DNA from: a virus
Taxonomy: Duplodnaviria > Caudoviricetes
Strand: one strand, 5' to 3'
DNA: 29,447 nucleotides
IMG/VR virus record: IMGVR_UViG_3300017910_000564
Span: 1 to 29,447 of that record
Part shown: piece after piece, positions 25,417 through 29,447 of the stretch
Layout: each line of letters starts with the position of its first letter
Position numbering within the stretch: the first letter of the stretch is position 1
The notes under the pieces: model-generated
What the model was told of the DNA's origin: nothing
What the model saw: only the letters and a program-made list of their open reading frames with translations
Databases searched by the model: none
Translations under genes and position numbers: made by a program

Positions 25417-26359
25417 CATGCGGGTCAATGATCTGAAAAATGGCGTGTCCAAAGTTCTGCTGTTCAAAACCTTTGACCAGCGCAAAGTCATCACGGAATT
25501 TGTAACCACGCGCTCTAGCCAGCCACGCCACTTCCTCTTGCTCCACGAGTTCGATCTGAGCGAGCGCCCAATTGTGACGGTGGCCACTTATGTAAAGATG
25601 GGCGTTGCTCTTGAACCGGGCCATTTTGGTTTGAGCATGAAGCGGATTCCACTGACTATGTCCCGGCATATCGTGCGCAGCATGGATTCTGCACTCCCTG
25701 CCATTGGGGAACTTTATGCAGACCCTAGCTTCCCAGTCTTCTTGGATACTGTGGGGACCGGTCATCCATTTGAGCGGGTCGCCAGCACCACTCCACATAT
25801 CATGATTGCCGCCAATCAAAATCAACGGATTTATACTATCGATTAGCCATTCGACTAGCTTCCATGCTGTCTTGTGGCTCGTGTCCTGATGATCGTAGAG
25901 TCGTGCCAGACGACCGATCCAGTTGTTCTGGTGGTCGCCTAGCGAGCAACCATATACACCCTCGTTATCTTGGATAACAGCGATATGTTTACGCAGTGTA
26001 GGCCAATCGCAGTAGTTATCATCTATATGCGGATCGCCGAGCCATAGAAGCCCTATGGGTGCGTCTGAGCGCATGTTGACTGGTATCCACTTGCGCGCGT
26101 TCTTCGCCTCCATACGGCGCTCAAATCGCGTTGTAAGCTGTTCTACGATTTGCTCTGTAGGAAGGTCATCTGTCGGCAAAGCAGGGACATCGTAATCCCT
26201 GTTGTCTGATTGGAGTCTTGCTTGTGCCTCACGCACACGCGAGGTCAACGTTGTCCGGGGTATGCCAAGATGACTAGCTGCTTCTGCAGCTGTTTCAAAT
26301 TGTTCATAAGCTTCTAATGCATCACGAAGTTCGTCTTCAGTCAGTCGTGGTGCTGGCAT
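25328..26359 (-). CDS. HTH plus calcineurin-like metallophosphoesterase
   Basis: N-terminal AASHLGIPRTTL HTH; GDPH, LGD, GNHD and GHRH metal-binding motifs. Confidence 0.85.
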   Translation of the reverse strand: MPAPRLTEDELRDALEAYEQFETAAEAASHLGIPRTTLTSRVREAQARLQSDNRDYDVPALPTDDLPTEQIVEQLTTRFERRMEAKNARKWIPVNMRSDAPIGLLWLGDPHIDDNYCDWPTLRKHIAVIQDNEGVYGCSLGDHQNNWIGRLARLYDHQDTSHKTAWKLVEWLIDSINPLILIGGNHDMWSGAGDPLKWMTGPHSIQEDWEARVCIKFPNGRECRIHAAHDMPGHSQWNPLHAQTKMARFKSNAHLYISGHRHNWALAQIELVEQEEVAWLARARGYKFRDDFALVKGFEQQNFGHAIFQIIDPHATHPTGFVQCFVNVDEGADYLRWKRSKQP

Positions 26360-26765
26360 CTGCCGACTCCATAAGGCGGGTTAGCTCAGGCCCACGAGAT
26401 TTTATCTGCTGATACCAAAGAGAGTCCTGCATCTCTCTGGACGCGCCAGCAAAATCTCTGTCCTGCAAGCAGCTGATCATTCTTTTGAAACGAGAGAAGC
26501 GCGGCCAACCCAGATTAAAAACCATGGATGCCAGCACATACTGAGCCGGTTCTGGCAGATCGCGCCACCAGTCCATGCGCTCATCCAGTTCAGCTATGGC
26601 TATGCCAATGTCATCTTCCAGTATCATGCGCGCAGCCCTGTCAGATATAGGCTCACGAAGGTTATGCCCATACCCAATAGTCGGAACGCCAACCGTGTCT
26701 TCATACATGATCAGGCGCACGCCCTCATGCTTGGCAATCAGGTCAGTGAGAGCTTGAATATCCAT
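26337..26765 (-). CDS. Endolysin (T4-type/GH24 lysozyme)
   Basis: HEGVRLIMYEDTVGVPTIGYGHNL (E-x8-D-x5-T), MVFNLG and SLWYQQ motifs. Confidence 0.93.
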   Translation of the reverse strand: MDIQALTDLIAKHEGVRLIMYEDTVGVPTIGYGHNLREPISDRAARMILEDDIGIAIAELDERMDWWRDLPEPAQYVLASMVFNLGWPRFSRFKRMISCLQDRDFAGASREMQDSLWYQQIKSRGPELTRLMESADASTTTD

Positions 26766-26777
26766 GAAGTCCTTCCC

Positions 26778-27119
26778 CTACTTCTTGAACATTTGTGTAA
26801 GTTTTTGCACACCGAAGCTGGCGGCAAACACCACGCCAACGGCAGTCTTATAGAAGTCAGGCATGGCGTCCAAAGCATCGAAGCCGCGCCGCACCACATC
26901 TTCATTTCCTGTAAATGCCAAGATCAGGGGGATGCTGATCAGAATGGTAAGCCACTCGTCTTTCCAGCTGCCAGCTGAGTTCTTGGCTTGCTCAAGATTC
27001 CATTCCTGTTCGCCAGCCTGCACGCGCTTGGCAATCTCAACCTTGGCTTTTTGAGTCTCAACCTTGCCCTGCACCCAAGTACCAGCCAAGGATGCTATTG
27101 CATTGATGATGGGAAGCAT
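26778..27119 (-). CDS. Holin-like membrane protein
   Basis: SWKDEWLTILISIPLILAF...VVFAASFG hydrophobic segments; adjacent to the endolysin. Confidence 0.7.
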   Translation of the reverse strand: MLPIINAIASLAGTWVQGKVETQKAKVEIAKRVQAGEQEWNLEQAKNSAGSWKDEWLTILISIPLILAFTGNEDVVRRGFDALDAMPDFYKTAVGVVFAASFGVQKLTQMFKK

Positions 27120-27199
27120 TATCGCTTTACCTGCATGTAGATTATAGCCAGCAACAATCCCAACTGAATGGCATCAACTGCTGGAACCGGAATCAACAC
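27119..27199 (-). CDS. Possible 26-aa membrane peptide (missing from ORF track)
   Basis: (M)LIPVPAVDAIQLGLLLAIIYMQVKR*; its stop overlaps the holin ATG (TAATG) and it fills the gap. Confidence 0.4.
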   Translation of the reverse strand: MLIPVPAVDAIQLGLLLAIIYMQVKR

Positions 27200-27350
27200 G
27201 GCCTAGTAACCTCTGTACTGTTTGGGTTTCATAAATGCGAAGCGCCGTCCACACGATTGTGAACAGCGCAGCAATGGGAGGAAGCCAGTCACCAAGCGTA
27301 CCAACAGTGGTGCCAACAGCAACTAAATCTAATGTCTGCTTGGTGTCCAT
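27174..27350 (-). CDS. Small holin-like membrane protein
   Basis: MDTKQTLDLVAVGTTVGTLGDWLPPIAALFTIVWTALRIYETQTVQ. Confidence 0.65.
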   Translation of the reverse strand: MDTKQTLDLVAVGTTVGTLGDWLPPIAALFTIVWTALRIYETQTVQRLLGRVDSGSSS

Positions 27351-27363
27351 ATGCAGTAACGTA

Positions 27364-27392
27364 CTGCAGTTATGCAGGCTGCAAAACGCACA
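27364..27392 (-). promoter_or_regulatory. Lysis-cassette promoter with overlapping operator
   Basis: Minus strand TGTGCG TTTTGC-N17-TACGTT; CTGCAGTTATGCAG (27364-27377) lies in the spacer. Confidence 0.55.
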
Positions 27393-27394
27393 AA

Positions 27395-27826
27395 CTATAA
27401 CTTGCCTTGAGCGTGCAGAATCAAGAACACAAGCGCACCAAGAACAGCCAGACAGCACAAGATAAAGAAAGCAATGATGATGCCTTCTATAACTTTCTTG
27501 CGCTTGAGCATGGCAGCTTGTTCAGCTTCCCTGCGAGCGTTCCTAGCCTTGGCTTGGAAGCGTTGCCAATCATGCCAGAGTCCCGGCCGACCAGCGTAGA
27601 TCATGATTGTTTTGAGTTCTTCTTCCTGCTGCTTGATTTTCTCAAGCGCCATGAATTCTTCAAGGTCGGAGCCGCCGCCTTTTCTCTGTGCCTTGCGCTG
27701 CAACGCTTCCTTGGCACCGACAAACTGACCAACGGCAGCTGCCGCATCAGCTATCTCACGCCCATTCTGAACACATTGTTTTAGAATTCCAAAGGCTGCA
27801 TTGGCTGCGGCAAGCTCGGCAAGCAT
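27395..27826 (-). CDS. Hypothetical protein with C-terminal TM helix
   Basis: 143 aa MLAELAAANAAF...IIIAFFILCCLAVLGALVFLIL. Confidence 0.75.
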   Translation of the reverse strand: MLAELAAANAAFGILKQCVQNGREIADAAAAVGQFVGAKEALQRKAQRKGGGSDLEEFMALEKIKQQEEELKTIMIYAGRPGLWHDWQRFQAKARNARREAEQAAMLKRKKVIEGIIIAFFILCCLAVLGALVFLILHAQGKL

Positions 27827-28011
27827 CAGTCATAAACGCGTGTACGTTCCTCATTGACCGTGACCGGCTGGCAATATGCCGTGATCTTCTGGCCCTGTTT
27901 ATGAAGCGTCTGTGCGTACCAGACACAGGACTTCAATGATCGGAAGTACATATCATTTGAGACGATCTCACCACTCACAAACATGAGTAATAAGAAGGCG
28001 TGGATCATCAC
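27826..28011 (-). CDS. Hypothetical small protein
   Basis: 61 aa with hydrophobic N-terminus and two Cys; coupled to neighbours. Confidence 0.65.
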   Translation of the reverse strand: MMIHAFLLLMFVSGEIVSNDMYFRSLKSCVWYAQTLHKQGQKITAYCQPVTVNEERTRVYD

Positions 28012-28598
28012 AAGCTGAAGTGTTCAATATCTAACGTCCAGCCAGTAGCCAAATACTTGGTGCCATTCAGTGGCGGGTTGCCTCTGTGCATGGCACCCCA
28101 GTGAGCAGGGAACAAAACCAAACGGCCCCTGCGTGGCTCGCAACGTTTTTTGTAGTACAAAAACTCTGTCTCGCCGCCTTCGAACCCGTCATTCAAAAAC
28201 AATGACCAAGTGACAAGCCGATCACTATGGGTGCGGTCAAAGGCTTCATGATGCCATTTATGAAATCCGCCACCCGGGACGGTCTTCTGTAACTTGCATT
28301 GCAGATTCGCCAGCCTCTTATTGTTAAGGAAAGGGAATCTTTGTGCATAAGCTGGGAGTGCAACGCTTTCATAGCGATCAAGAAATGTACGCCAAAAATC
28401 GCAACAGTCACCGTGAGCAACATGATCGTGATCATGCAGATATAACTGCATGTCTTTTCTTTCATGGTCAGATGGGGAGGACATCGCCCCGTACTTATGG
28501 GCAAACCCAAAATCAATGAGCTTATCCATTTCTTCGATGACAGCTATACACTCGCTTGGAGAGAAGAACTCATCAATGACCATAATTTCATCTGTCAT
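28008..28598 (-). CDS. 2OG-Fe(II) oxygenase
   Basis: GGFHKWHHE, FLNDGFEGGETEF, LVLFPA..HRGNPP...KY. Confidence 0.88.
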   Translation of the reverse strand: MTDEIMVIDEFFSPSECIAVIEEMDKLIDFGFAHKYGAMSSPSDHERKDMQLYLHDHDHVAHGDCCDFWRTFLDRYESVALPAYAQRFPFLNNKRLANLQCKLQKTVPGGGFHKWHHEAFDRTHSDRLVTWSLFLNDGFEGGETEFLYYKKRCEPRRGRLVLFPAHWGAMHRGNPPLNGTKYLATGWTLDIEHFSL

Positions 28599-28601
28599 TG
28601 C

Positions 28602-29156
28602 TTACCTCCATCTTGGGCCATGAAACCACGCAACAAGTGATTTGCGTGTACCGCTTGTGACTGGTGCAACGCGGTGTCGAAGATAACTCGGGAACACTAA
28701 AACCGTGCCTTTGGCTCTGGCATCGGTTGGCGTTTGACATTCATCAAACTCAAACTCACCGCCTTTGTATTCAGACGAATCGCTTAGTTGAACTGTGATA
28801 GACAGCTTGCGATCTGCGTTTGTTTTCAACTTACCGTCTTGCTGCCAGTGAACATCGTGATGCCAGTCGTAATGGCCATTCTCAGTAGCGTGGTATTCAG
28901 TGAATTGTAGCTCCGCAACATTCATGACATCGACGCCAAAGGCATTGATGTTTGCCTGCTTAACAAACTCCCAAAGCCTATCTCTTATCCACTGATCTCC
29001 GATCCAGCGCACCTTGCTACTGCGAACTTGCTCAAGAAGCTGATCTCGATTGCTGACGGTCGCAGCATGTGCTTCTTCTGCTTCACCGCACGCAATGATT
29101 TGCTGAACGGTCTCAGGCGACAGAGCAGATCGAAAAAGTTGCCAGAGGTCTCTCAC
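28602..29156 (-). CDS. 2OG-Fe(II) oxygenase (PKHD/prolyl-hydroxylase type)
   Basis: HYDWHHD, RKLSITVQLS, YKGGEF and VFPSYLRHRVAPVTSGTRKSLVAW. Likely GTG start overlaps the upstream TGA. Confidence 0.9.
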   Translation of the reverse strand: MRDLWQLFRSALSPETVQQIIACGEAEEAHAATVSNRDQLLEQVRSSKVRWIGDQWIRDRLWEFVKQANINAFGVDVMNVAELQFTEYHATENGHYDWHHDVHWQQDGKLKTNADRKLSITVQLSDSSEYKGGEFEFDECQTPTDARAKGTVLVFPSYLRHRVAPVTSGTRKSLVAWFHGPRWR

Positions 29157-29446
29157 GGTTTGACTGGCCATGTAACATTGACCCACTCAGTCCAATCAAA
29201 ATCAGTGTCATCATAGCGAAGCGTTGCGTTAGGACTGTTTGCAGGCAAATCTCGCAAGGCTTGCCGGTAGTTAATTTGTTCGGTGGTCATGGACGGTGTG
29301 TCTTGCAAGGCCCAATGATCTGTTTCAGCCAATAGTTCATTGCGCCTTGCTCTTAGCGCAGTCATGCCATCAGAACCTGAGAAATCATCAGGCCGGACAT
29401 AGTCTTGAACAGCACCAAACTCGCCAGCAACGGCTCTTGCAAACAG
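29153..29446 (-). CDS. Tail fibre assembly/chaperone protein (partial, 5' end outside window)
   Basis: LRARRNELLAETDHW...YRQALRDLP...VTWPVKP; frame open to the window edge (LFARAVAGEFGAVQDY...). Confidence 0.8.
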   Translation of the reverse strand: MFARAVAGEFGAVQDYVRPDDFSGSDGMTALRARRNELLAETDHWALQDTPSMTTEQINYRQALRDLPANSPNATLRYDDTDFDWTEWVNVTWPVKP

Positions 29447-29447
29447 A

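Noticed and set aside
1-29447. Diversity-generating retroelement or retron explaining the structured region
   Set aside because: No reverse transcriptase motifs and no TR/VR repeat pair seen in this window; the missing genome part cannot be assessed.

Overview
About 29.4 kb of a temperate, podovirus-type dsDNA phage genome. It resembles marine phages of Alphaproteobacteria, but the host is inferred only. Minus strand 1-14964 is morphogenesis: internal virion proteins, tail tubular B/A, major capsid, GNAT/gp13-like protein, scaffold, portal, TerL, a cluster of tiny very basic proteins, an SLT-domain protein and TerS. A ~600-bp hairpin-dense non-coding region follows. The plus-strand early arm carries a DnaA-C-like HTH, DUF932, an ArfA-like peptide, a divergent cI/cro switch, an Hjc-type resolvase, an HTH replication initiator with iterons, YqaJ, ERF, an SSB-like protein, Xis and a tyrosine integrase. 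Next is an attP matching the 3' half of tRNA-Thr(GGT). The minus-strand right end holds a metallophosphoesterase, endolysin, holins, two 2OG-Fe(II) oxygenases and a partial tail fibre assembly protein. No RNA or DNA polymerase gene is in the window. The most notable non-coding signals are the large structured element beside terS, a genome-wide CTGCA-N4-TGCAG operator network, a TGTGCGTT(G) late-promoter motif and a structured leader upstream of the capsid gene. Family names come from recalled motifs, not database searches.
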